Notes: generated by a model from the sequence alone, not told the origin. DNA of 64,000 bases from Patescibacteria group bacterium (GCA_034716235.1 JAYEHH010000037.1:566-64565); one strand, 5' to 3'; positions 50,463 to 59,763 are shown, counted from the stretch's first letter. A program made the numbers and translations.

Positions 50463-51050
50463 ATGCAACGAATTCCTATCGAAATTTCAGCACGGCACTT
50501 ACACCTATCGCGAGCTGATACAGATATTATTTTTGGGAAAGGCTACCAATTACATGTTTTTAAAAAATTATCGCAACCAGGATCTTTTTCTACTCAAGAA
50601 ACTGTTAAAATAATTTACAAGGGAAAATCTGGGGAAAAAAGTTTAGAGAAAGTTAGAATCATTGCTCCTCTAAGAGATCATTCTCAGCTGGAGCTTGCTG
50701 GAACAGATGCTCGACGGTTAGGAGCTAAGCCTCCTATTCGTCTTAGTGGGAATATTGAGGGTACCCCTGGGTTTGAAATTGTAGGGCCAGCAGGAGCAGT
50801 GGCTAAAGAAGAAGGGATGATAATTGCCAAAAGACATTTACATGTTTCTCCTAAAGAAGCGGAGGAGTTATCCCTTAAAAACGGAAATGAAATTAAGGTT
50901 AAAGCTGGTGGAGATGGAGAACGAGAGCTTATTTTTTGCAAAGTGGTTGTGAGGGTGGCAGAAAATTTCAAATTAGCCATGCATATTGATACCGATGAAA
51001 GTAACGCCGTTGGTATGACAAGTTGTGGATATGGGGAAATAACTTTATAA
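50463..51050 (+). CDS. pduL: Phosphate acyltransferase PduL
   Basis: SARHLHLS, LSQPG, RLSG, RHLH, MHIDTDE. Confidence 0.93.
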   Translation: MQRIPIEISARHLHLSRADTDIIFGKGYQLHVFKKLSQPGSFSTQETVKIIYKGKSGEKSLEKVRIIAPLRDHSQLELAGTDARRLGAKPPIRLSGNIEGTPGFEIVGPAGAVAKEEGMIIAKRHLHVSPKEAEELSLKNGNEIKVKAGGDGERELIFCKVVVRVAENFKLAMHIDTDESNAVGMTSCGYGEITL

Positions 51051-51125
51051 CCTTATAACTTTACAACTTTACAAACTTTACAAACTTTATAAACTTTACA
51101 AATTTTATAACTTTATGAACTTTCT
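51048..51125 (+). repeat. AACTTTAYA nonamer tandem array abutting the ackA start
   Basis: About 8 units of AACTTTACA/AACTTTATA ending at ATG 51126. Confidence 0.85.
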
Positions 51126-52181
51126 ATGTCTATCTTAGCTATAAATTCAGGAAGCCAAACTTTAAAGTACAAGCTGTACCAAGCGGAAAGTTTTAAATTA
51201 ATAAAAGAAGGAAAGATTGAAAATATCGGGTTTGGTAAAATAAAAAATCATTTTGAAGCTATTAATCAGGTCAGGGAAGAAATTCAAGAATATGAGTCAG
51301 AACTTAAAATTATTGGACACCGTTACGTCAATGGAGGACTGGAATTCATTGATCCTCAAGTCATAGATCAAGCTAAGGCGAAAACTCTGGAACAATATAA
51401 TAGCTTAGCCCCTCTCCATAATCCAGCCAACTTAGCAGGAATCAGGGCTACCTTAAAAATGATTCCGCAAGCTACAAATGTAGCGGTTTTTGATACGCAT
51501 TTTTACAAAGATCTTCCAGAAGTAGCTTGGCGCTATGCTTTAAATAAAAAAATAGCTGACGAGAATAATTATCGTCGCTTAGGTTTTCATGGTATTTCTC
51601 ACGCCTATGCTGTTTCTCAAGTTGCTACCGTTCTGAAAAAGAAGGTTAATGAAATGAAAATAATTTCTTTGCATTTAGGGGGAGGAGCCAGTATAACGGC
51701 TACCAATAATGGTAAGGTGGTGGATACCAGTATGGGCTTTACTCCGGCAGAGGGCTTAATGATGATGACCCGTTCTGGTGATATTGATCCAGGGATTCTT
51801 ATTGATTTAGTCAGGAAGGGGATGGGAGGAGATGAGTTGGACGAACTCCTGAATTACCAAAGCGGTATTTACGGTATTTGTAATAAGCAAAGCATGTTAG
51901 CAGTGTTGGAAGATTTAAAAGAGAAAAAAACTAAAGATGTTCAATTAGCTTTTGAAATGTATGTTTATCGGATTAAGAAATATATCGGAGCTTACTATGC
52001 GATTTTAGGAGGTTGTGATGCTTTAGTTTTCACGGGGACAATAGGGGCTGGCAATCCTGAGACCCGAGAAGCCGTAATGGAAGGCCTAGATTTTGTTGCC
52101 GAGGTTCCAGTATTAGTTATTCCTACCGATGAAGAAATTATGATTGCTAAAGAGGCATACGATGTAGTGAAAAGTTCATAA
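51126..52181 (+). CDS. ackA: Acetate kinase
   Basis: INSGSQTLK, APLHNP, FDT.F, GFHGISH, DTSMGFTP, TDEE. Confidence 0.95.
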   Translation: MSILAINSGSQTLKYKLYQAESFKLIKEGKIENIGFGKIKNHFEAINQVREEIQEYESELKIIGHRYVNGGLEFIDPQVIDQAKAKTLEQYNSLAPLHNPANLAGIRATLKMIPQATNVAVFDTHFYKDLPEVAWRYALNKKIADENNYRRLGFHGISHAYAVSQVATVLKKKVNEMKIISLHLGGGASITATNNGKVVDTSMGFTPAEGLMMMTRSGDIDPGILIDLVRKGMGGDELDELLNYQSGIYGICNKQSMLAVLEDLKEKKTKDVQLAFEMYVYRIKKYIGAYYAILGGCDALVFTGTIGAGNPETREAVMEGLDFVAEVPVLVIPTDEEIMIAKEAYDVVKSS

Positions 52182-52370
52182 AGGAATTTTTTACACAGAG
52201 GGTGATCCGCCTCTGGATAATGGATAATGGATAATGGACAATTGATGATTCCACCTAGAGGGTGACCAGTCTCTGGCTGGTTGCTTAATGACAAGTTCGT
52301 AAAGATGGGACAATTCATAATTTCTTAATCACTTTATGAACTTTATGAACTTTATGAACTTTCTACTTTT
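52170..52370. repeat. AAAGTT...AACTTT arms enclosing heptamers and CAGAGG hairpins
   Basis: GGATAAT x3-4, CCACCTAGAGGGTGACCAGTCTCTGGCTGG, (ACTTTATGA)x3. Confidence 0.8.
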
Positions 52371-52384
52371 AAATTACATTGCTT

Positions 52385-54103
52385 ATGAAAAAATGGATTT
52401 TACGGTCTCAACCGGGAGACAAATACAGAAAAAAGTTTTCTAATTATTCTAAATTTGTTCAAACCATTTTTTACCAGATAGGTATTAAGACTGACAAGGA
52501 GGCGGAAGATTTTTTTGGTTTAGACTATGAAAATGGATTGCATGATCCCCAGCTACTTTCGGGAATGGAGAAAGGAGCTGAAAGGATTTTAAAGGCTATT
52601 AAAAATAACGAGCAGATTGCTATTTACGGTGACTATGACGCTGACGGAGTAACAGCGACTGCCGTTTTGAGTCAATTCTTTAAAGAATTGAAAATTGAGC
52701 CAGTTGTTTATATCCCTGAACGAGTTAATGAAGGTTATGGTTTGAATGGAAAAGCGATTGATTATCTTAAGGACAAAAAAGTTAAATTAGTTATTACCGT
52801 AGATACTGGCATTAGAAATGTTGAAGAAGCTCAACTTTTTAAAGAAGAAGGAATTGATTTAATTATTACCGACCATCATTCATTGCCAGAAAAGCTTCCC
52901 GAGGCAGTTGCCGTTATTAATCCTCATCAAGATAAAGGGAAATATCCTTTTGAAGATTTAGCGGGAGTGGGAGTGGCTTTCAAATTGGTCCAATTTTTGA
53001 TTGGTAAAATAGGCGAGAATAAATTTTCGGCTGGTTTTGAAAAATGGCTTTTAGATTTAGTAGCCTTGGGGACAATAGCCGACATGGTCCCTCTCAAAGG
53101 AGAGAATAGAATTTTAGCTAAATATGGTCTTATTGTTTTAAGCAAAACTAAGAGATTTGGATTAAGGTCATTAATGAGCAATACTAGAATTTCTCTTAAC
53201 GACGAACAGCCAATTACTTCAGAAACGGTAGCTTTTCAAATAGCTCCCAGAATAAATGCGGCCGGTAGAATGGACCACGCTAATAATGCCTTGGTCCTCC
53301 TAAATGCAGAGAATAACACCGAAGCTAAGAAATTAGCCGACCAATTAGAAGATCAAAATAAAGCGCGTAGGAACATTACCAGTAAAATTCTTAGAGAAAC
53401 AGAAAAAATGGACTTTGGTGATAAAAAGATTATTATTGTCGGTAAAGATAGCTGGCCACTTGGCGTGATAGGATTGGCGGCGGGCAAACTTTGTGATAAA
53501 TTTAATCGTCCCGTTTTAGTTTATGGCAAGGACGGAAATCAAGTGCGTGGTTCCGCCAGAAGTATAGTTGGTTTCAATATTATAAAAGCATTGGATGAAT
53601 TGGATGATTTATTGGTGGCTCATGGAGGGCATAAACAGGCAGCCGGGTTTACTGTTCCCAGAGAGAAGTTGTCAGAATTTAAAGAAAGGTTAGAAAAGAT
53701 TGCAGAACAGGAAATACAAACAAAAGACTTGATGGCTAAACAAAAGATTAATTATAGGATTAACTTTAATGAGATAGGGAAGGATTTAGAGGAGGAGTTA
53801 AAAGCTTTTGAGCCTTATGGAGTTGGCAATCAAGAACCAGTTTTTTTAATTAAAGATGCTCAAGTTTGCCAAGCAAAATTTGTTGGTAAAACACAAAAAC
53901 ATTTAAAACTATTGGTTTGCGAGGGAAAAAAGAAAGCAGGTTTAATAAAGTATATTGGTTGTATTGGGTTTAATTTTGAAAATTACACCGGCAAAATAAA
54001 GCCGGGAGATTTGATAGACATTGTGTTTAATTTAAGTGTTAATAATTTTAATGGCAAAGCAGCATTAGAATTTAAAATGATAGACCTGAGAGTGAAAAGT
54101 TAA
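52385..54103 (+). CDS. recJ: Single-stranded DNA exonuclease RecJ
   Basis: YGDYDADG, EGYG, TDHH, GTIAD, PRINAAGR, GGHKQAAG. Confidence 0.96.
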   Translation: MKKWILRSQPGDKYRKKFSNYSKFVQTIFYQIGIKTDKEAEDFFGLDYENGLHDPQLLSGMEKGAERILKAIKNNEQIAIYGDYDADGVTATAVLSQFFKELKIEPVVYIPERVNEGYGLNGKAIDYLKDKKVKLVITVDTGIRNVEEAQLFKEEGIDLIITDHHSLPEKLPEAVAVINPHQDKGKYPFEDLAGVGVAFKLVQFLIGKIGENKFSAGFEKWLLDLVALGTIADMVPLKGENRILAKYGLIVLSKTKRFGLRSLMSNTRISLNDEQPITSETVAFQIAPRINAAGRMDHANNALVLLNAENNTEAKKLADQLEDQNKARRNITSKILRETEKMDFGDKKIIIVGKDSWPLGVIGLAAGKLCDKFNRPVLVYGKDGNQVRGSARSIVGFNIIKALDELDDLLVAHGGHKQAAGFTVPREKLSEFKERLEKIAEQEIQTKDLMAKQKINYRINFNEIGKDLEEELKAFEPYGVGNQEPVFLIKDAQVCQAKFVGKTQKHLKLLVCEGKKKAGLIKYIGCIGFNFENYTGKIKPGDLIDIVFNLSVNNFNGKAALEFKMIDLRVKS

Positions 54104-54608
54104 AAGTTTATAAAGTTAGAAAGTTAAACTATTAAAGTCATTCCCGCGAAGGCGGGAATCCAGAAACTAGAATAAAATTATCATTGATAAATAATGGATG
54201 GTGATTATCAAAAACACTAGCCTACATAAATTTACTAGAAGAAATAAATATTGTTAAGAATTGGCTTATTGTTATAATGAAATAAAATTGGTGCATTCTA
54301 AATTTCTAGATTCCCGTCCGGCATCCCAGCATCCGCGGGACAGGTTCGCCGGATTGCACTTCCCTACCTCACCTACCTCACCTACCTCACGGCAGACAAG
54401 TGGCAGACAAGTGGCAGACAGGCGCGGGGAATGACAGGGGAAAAAGGCTGACTGGCTTGTCTCGCCGAAGGCTCGCCTAAACTCGGTGAGGCTAGAGGAG
54501 ATCCCGAGCAAATTTAGAAAAAAACTAATTTGGCAAGGCTCTGCCTAGACGTACCGGGATTCCCGCTTTCGCGGGAATGACAGGAATGCAACTTTACAAA
54601 CTTTTAAC
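54095..54608. repeat. Large nested repeat cluster between recJ and rnhA
   Basis: AAAGTT arm, REP, AT-rich spacer, nested hairpins, composite REP ending at 54582, AACTTT arm. Confidence 0.87.
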
Positions 54609-54616
54609 TATTTATT

Positions 54617-55033
54617 ATGACAGACAAAATAATTATTTATTCCGATGGTGGATCAAGGGGCAACCCCGGACCGGCAGCCATTGGAGCTTTAGTGGAAATT
54701 AATGGCAATGCCTTTGAGGTGTCAGAATGTATCGGAAAAGCTACTAATAATATTGCTGAGTATGAAGCAGCTATTGCTGGTCTTAAAAAAGCTCAACAAC
54801 TTTTAGGTAAGCGTAGGGCTAAGATGGCAACAGCGGAGTGTTTTTTAGATAGTGAATTGGTGGTAAAACAAATAAATGGAGAGTACAAGATTAAAGAGTC
54901 AACACTTTACGCGCCTTTTATAGAACTGAGAAATTTAACCCTTGATTTTAGGAAAGTTAAGTTTGTTCATATTAAAAGAGAACTAAATAAAAAAGCAGAC
55001 AGTCTAGTTAATCAAGCGTTGGACAGTGCTTAA
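54617..55033 (+). CDS. rnhA: Ribonuclease HI
   Basis: SDGGSRGNPGPA, TNNIAEY, DSELVVKQ, NKKADSL. Confidence 0.93.
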   Translation: MTDKIIIYSDGGSRGNPGPAAIGALVEINGNAFEVSECIGKATNNIAEYEAAIAGLKKAQQLLGKRRAKMATAECFLDSELVVKQINGEYKIKESTLYAPFIELRNLTLDFRKVKFVHIKRELNKKADSLVNQALDSA

Positions 55034-55133
55034 TTATCAAAAGTCCTGTTAGTGTTTTGTATGTTAGGTTATTATGTTTACAAAAATATAATTGGTTAGT
55101 AATCTATAGCTAATAATTTATAAATTTTTGATC

Positions 55134-55841
55134 ATGCAAGTTGTTATTTTAGCTGCTGGAAAAGGTACTCGTATTAAACCATTGTCTAATGATACACCTA
55201 AGCCACTCATAGAAATTATTCCAGGAGTTTCTATTGTGGATAAAACTATTGAAGCCCTTCCTGATGAAATAGACGAAATTATTTTTGTGGTTAATTATCA
55301 CCAAGAACAAATTAGAAAAAAATATGGCAATAAAATAGGAAACAGGAAAGTTTCTTATGTGGTCCATGAAAAATTAGATGGAACCGCTCAGGCTCTTTGG
55401 CAATGCATAGACATTTTAAAAAATGATTTCCTAGTACTTTGTGGAGATGATATTTACAGCCAACAAGATCTTAAAAAACTTATTAAACATCCCTTGGCGT
55501 TGCTTGTAGCAGAAAGAAGCGGAACACCAAAGGGGGGACAGGTGGTTGTAGATGAAAAGCAACGGTTAATTGAGATCGTGGATTATCCTAAGGTAAAACT
55601 TGGAAAATACTTATTCAACACTGGAGCCTACAAATTAACTCGCTTATTTTTTGAATTTGAGCAGGTTTTAATAAAAAAAGATAGTGACGAGTATGGTCTT
55701 CCGCAGACCTTAGCCCAAGTTGCCCAAAAGCATGCAGTAGTGGTTGAGAAAACAGAGGCTCTCTATTTACAAATAAATACCTTAGAGGATTTAGAAAAAG
55801 CTAAAGAGACTTTGAGCAATAATGGTAAAAATATCAATTGA
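55134..55841 (+). CDS. Sugar-phosphate nucleotidyltransferase family protein
   Basis: ILAAGKGTR, PKPL, GTA, GDD, NTGAY. Confidence 0.85.
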   Translation: MQVVILAAGKGTRIKPLSNDTPKPLIEIIPGVSIVDKTIEALPDEIDEIIFVVNYHQEQIRKKYGNKIGNRKVSYVVHEKLDGTAQALWQCIDILKNDFLVLCGDDIYSQQDLKKLIKHPLALLVAERSGTPKGGQVVVDEKQRLIEIVDYPKVKLGKYLFNTGAYKLTRLFFEFEQVLIKKDSDEYGLPQTLAQVAQKHAVVVEKTEALYLQINTLEDLEKAKETLSNNGKNIN

Positions 55842-55856
55842 ACTTTAAAAGACAAG

Positions 55857-55965
55857 AAAAAAATAAAAGACCGGTTGGTCTTTTGGGAGGATGGGAGGGG
55901 AGAGATGTTAGGCTTTTAAAAAATTGCCCTTTTCTCCCCTCCCTGAGGAGGTAATAATGAGCTTC
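55857..55965 (-). ncRNA. Candidate small RNA 1 with anti-SD motifs
   Basis: Promoter TTGACA-N16-TATACT (55997-55970), ACCUCCUC, 11-bp stem, terminator with U tract. Confidence 0.55.
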
Positions 55966-56124
55966 CATTAGTATAGAGATAAAAAACTTTTTGTCAACAC
56001 CTCGCATCAAATCATTTAAAATGACACCGAAAGTTTCCTTGATACATCATCTAAAATAACACCCAAATTTATGATAATATTATGAGTCAATTACCTTTAG
56101 AAATGATATACTCAAGGGTTTTTT

Positions 56125-56245
56125 AAAAAAATAAAAAGGCTCTGTTGGGCCTTTAAAAAAATGGTGAGGAAGAAGTGTGGGGAATCAGGGTGCTTGTTAG
56201 CAGGTTCACACTTCTTCCTCTCTAGGAGGATAGAGATAAAAAACT
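56125..56245 (-). ncRNA. Candidate small RNA 2 with anti-SD motif
   Basis: Promoter TTGACA-N17-TATATT (56280-56252), UCCUCCU, 14-bp stem, terminator with U tract. Confidence 0.55.
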
Positions 56246-56347
56246 ATTTTAAATATAGCGTTTAAAGTGATTTTTGTCAATAGAAAATGTAGTTAGTGCA
56301 AATTCTTGAATTTACACTAGAAGCATTTTTATTAAAAATAATTAAAA

Positions 56348-57001
56348 ATGGAAATTTTTAATCTGAAAGATGAGAATGATTTTGTTGAAGCAGTTAGTAT
56401 TGCCTCTGACTATCTCCAGAGAGGAAAAATAATTGTTTATCCAACGGACACTATTTATGGTTTTGGTTGTGATGCTAAAAACAGGGAAGCTATAGAAGCT
56501 ATTCGTAAATTGAAAATGCGTGAGCAGGAAAAACCTTTTTCGGTAATTATGAAAGATATTACAGAAATTAAGAAATATGTTATTCTTAATAAAATAAGAG
56601 AAAATTTCTTGCAACGAGTTTTCCCTGGTAAATTTACAGTGATTTTAACAAGTAAAAATAAATTTCCAGTTGAACTTACTGGAGGAGGAAAAACTTTAGG
56701 GGTGCGCATTCCTAATTATAGATTGACCAATCATATTGCTGAGAAGTTTGGGAAGCCTTATGTGACTACCAGTGTTAATGTCTCAACGGAAAAACCGGAA
56801 ATTCGAGGTGAGGAAATCATTAGAAAATATCAACGACGGCTTCCTAGGCCAGATTTAGTAATTAATGCCGATGAGTTAATCCAAAAGGATGGGGAATTAA
56901 TGGCTTCAACGGTTATTGATTTGACCAAGGAGAAACCTCAAATTATCCGAATAGGAATAATGAAGCCCAAAGCTTTATTAAAATTATTAAAAGCTTGGTA
57001 A
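56348..57001 (+). CDS. tsaC: L-threonylcarbamoyladenylate synthase (Sua5/YrdC)
   Basis: YPTDTIYG, KxR..KP, PGKFT, GVRIP, TSVN, STVID. Confidence 0.93.
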   Translation: MEIFNLKDENDFVEAVSIASDYLQRGKIIVYPTDTIYGFGCDAKNREAIEAIRKLKMREQEKPFSVIMKDITEIKKYVILNKIRENFLQRVFPGKFTVILTSKNKFPVELTGGGKTLGVRIPNYRLTNHIAEKFGKPYVTTSVNVSTEKPEIRGEEIIRKYQRRLPRPDLVINADELIQKDGELMASTVIDLTKEKPQIIRIGIMKPKALLKLLKAW

Positions 57002-57025
57002 AAAATAAATATAATTTAAACAAAT

Positions 57026-58237
57026 ATGCTTTCTGTTTTTAGTTTATTTCGCAGGTTGAATATTTTTCCTAAGATGTCCAGAGAGTTGGCAGAACAATAC
57101 CTTTCGGTTTTACTCCGTAATTTTGGGATAGGACTCATCCGTCTTTTTGAACCAGTCTATATTTATAAATTAGTTGGAGAACAAATTAAATGGGTGGCTC
57201 TTTACTATGGAGCAACTTATCTGATTCGTTTTTTCTTTATTCCTCTGGCAGGAAAAATTTCAGCTAGATATGGTTTTGAACGTTCTATGACCATGTCGCT
57301 TCCTCTGCAAATAGCCTATTTTTACATACTAACCCTGATTGGCGACCATCACCAGCTAATTTTTGTAGCTCCTTTCTTGTCAGCTCTTTCGTCATCAATT
57401 TATTGGATAGCCTATCACACCAATTTTGCTCATTATGGCGATGACCAAATAAGAGGAAAACAATATTCTGGTTTAAGCTTAATTAATGATATTTTTGCAG
57501 TTGTAGCTCCAATTGTTGGAGGCATTCTTTTAGCTATTTTTAACTTCCAGGTTTTGTTTGTTGTTGCCGGTGTAATCATCTTACTTTCTTGTGTCCCGAT
57601 GCTTTCTACTAAAGAAAAATTTGCACCTTCAAGATTTTCCTATTTTAGAGCTTTAAAAAGAATTATTACTTCCTACAAAACCTATAAACATAATTATCTG
57701 CTATCTTATATAGGCTATGGAGCAGATGTTATTTCTGGAACTTTTTGGGCCATCTTCATAGCAATTATGCTTAAAAATGATTTTTCATTGATGGGCTTTT
57801 TAAGTGGAGCGGTTGCTTTATTGATCGCCACTTACTCAGTGTATATTGGAAGTGCCTATGATAAGCGTAACTTTAATCGAAACCAATCCTCTTATTACAC
57901 CTCTTTAATTATTTATATAGCTTCTTGGCCATTAAGGGTTTTAGCTATTGGTTGGTGGGAGATTTTGTTAATGAAGATTGTGGTTGGTCTGAGTGGTCGG
58001 AGCTTAGAAATAGGTACGATTCCAGCTATGTATCGTCGGGCGGGGATTTATGGCAATTTAAAATATATTGTTTTCTTTTCTCAATCAATTAATTTAGGAA
58101 GAATTCTTTTGTTAGCTATTATTTTCTTTTGGGATTTCTCGCTAGGTATTGGTTGGCAAGAAATATTTATTCTGGGTGGAATTTGGTCAATTCTTATGGG
58201 AGCAATGTGGAGAAAGAAGAGTAGGGGGATTGCTTAA
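57026..58237 (+). CDS. MFS transporter
   Basis: About 12 TM segments; GKISARYG loop motif, RGK..S. Confidence 0.8.
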   Translation: MLSVFSLFRRLNIFPKMSRELAEQYLSVLLRNFGIGLIRLFEPVYIYKLVGEQIKWVALYYGATYLIRFFFIPLAGKISARYGFERSMTMSLPLQIAYFYILTLIGDHHQLIFVAPFLSALSSSIYWIAYHTNFAHYGDDQIRGKQYSGLSLINDIFAVVAPIVGGILLAIFNFQVLFVVAGVIILLSCVPMLSTKEKFAPSRFSYFRALKRIITSYKTYKHNYLLSYIGYGADVISGTFWAIFIAIMLKNDFSLMGFLSGAVALLIATYSVYIGSAYDKRNFNRNQSSYYTSLIIYIASWPLRVLAIGWWEILLMKIVVGLSGRSLEIGTIPAMYRRAGIYGNLKYIVFFSQSINLGRILLLAIIFFWDFSLGIGWQEIFILGGIWSILMGAMWRKKSRGIA

Positions 58238-58305
58238 AGATTAAAGGGTTTCAGGAATTACTATGATAAGTTACGGCGTTATTTCAAATGATGTGACGCG
58301 AAAGT

Positions 58306-58391
58306 TTGACAGTTACGGTCTCTTTGTTTATATTAAATAAACCGCTGGGCACAAATAGTCGAGCGGTGTTTAAAATAGTGTCCCTTAACAA
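58306..58391 (+). promoter_or_regulatory. rRNA promoter with boxA-like element
   Basis: TTGACA-N17-TATATT (58306-58334); TGTCCCTTAACAA at about 58379. Confidence 0.7.
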
Positions 58392-58513
58392 TTTAAGAGC
58401 AAGATAATTGTACAATTCTAATTTTGTACGGTTACCCAACTATTTTTTTTAGAGAGTTTGATCCTGGCTCAGGACGAACGCTGGCAACGTGGATAAGGCA
58501 TGCAAGTCGAGCG

Positions 58514-58940
58514 GCGCGACTGCCAACTCCTAACATTTAACCAATAACAAACATTAAGCATCTAAGATGTTGAGGTATAGAAATTTTAAGGTCTATAAAG
58601 ACGCAAAAGATTTTCATAAATTAACGGTTAAACTAGCTTCTCAATTTTCTGGAGGCTTCAATTATTTAAGTAACCAGATCCGGAGAAGTTCACTATCGGT
58701 TGTACTGAATATTGCCGAGGGATCGGCAAAGGGTTCAGATAAAGATTTTAATTGTTATTTAAAAAACTCATTGGGCTCAATGAGTGAAACTTTAGCAGGA
58801 TTTGAAATTGCTTTAGAGTTTCAATTAATTTCTCTTTCAGATTTTGAAAATATTGAGGCTAAGGCTAAAAGTATTATTAAACAACTGGGAGGTTTTTCAA
58901 AAAAGTTAAAAGGTTAATAGTTAGAAGTTGGTAGTTGCGT
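58514..58940 (+). mobile_element. Intervening sequence in 16S helix 6 (V1)
   Basis: 58514-58534 pairs with 58920-58940 (20/21 including G-U) and encloses an ORF. Confidence 0.85.
58567..58917 (+). CDS. Four-helix-bundle protein (23S rRNA IVP/Avd-like family)
   Basis: F.VY..A, L.NQIRRSSLSVVLNIAEG, F..YL....GS..E. Confidence 0.9.
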   Translation: MLRYRNFKVYKDAKDFHKLTVKLASQFSGGFNYLSNQIRRSSLSVVLNIAEGSAKGSDKDFNCYLKNSLGSMSETLAGFEIALEFQLISLSDFENIEAKAKSIIKQLGGFSKKLKG

Positions 58941-59068
58941 AGCGGCAAACGGGTTAGTAACACGTGAGAATCTACCCTAAAGTTTGGAATAACTCGGAGA
59001 AATCCGAGATAATACCAAATATGTTCTTCGGAGTAAAGCCTTCGGGCGCTTTAGGAGGAGCTCGCGTA

Positions 59069-59105
<37 letters not shown>

Positions 59106-59165
59106 TATGACGGTTAGGGAGCGTGAGAGCGTGATTCCCAACATTGGCACTGAAACACTGGCCAA

Positions 59166-59196
<31 letters not shown>

Positions 59197-59763
59197 CCAC
59201 AATGGGGGAAACCCTGATGGAGCGACGTTGCGTGCGGGATGACGGCCTTCGGGTTGTAAACCGCTTTTGTAGGAGATGAATACGCTCAACTTTTTTGATT
59301 TTATTTTTGATTATGTTTTTTATAATTAATAGAATTAAAAAACTTGGGCGTATGACAGTATCCTTTCGAATAAGAGGTTGCTAACTCTGTGCCAGCAGCA
59401 GCGGTGATACAGAGACCTCGAGCGTTGTCCGGATTTATTGGGCGTAAAGGGTTCGTAGGGGGTTTGAAGGGTTTCAAGTAAAATCTTAAGGCTCAACCTT
59501 GAGTTGGCTTGAAAAACTAGCAAACTAGAGCATACCAGAGGTGTTTAGAACTCATGGTGTAGGAGTGAAATCCGTTGAGATCATGGGGAATACCAAAGGC
59601 GAAGGCATAACACTAGGGTATTGCTGACCCTGAGGGACGAAAGCGTGGGGAGCGAAATGGATTAGATACCCATGTAGTCCACGCTGTAAACGATGAGCGC
59701 TAGATATTTGAGGCTTCGACCCCTTGAGTGTCACAGCTAACGCATTAAGCGCTCCGCCTGGGA

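Noticed and set aside
763-54582. Recurrent palindromes as a CRISPR array
   Set aside because: They are dispersed, in both orientations, with recurring rather than unique spacers, and no cas genes are present. They are REP-like.
58567-58917. Avd-like gene as a sign of a diversity-generating retroelement
   Set aside because: No reverse transcriptase and no template/variable repeat pair are visible in the window.
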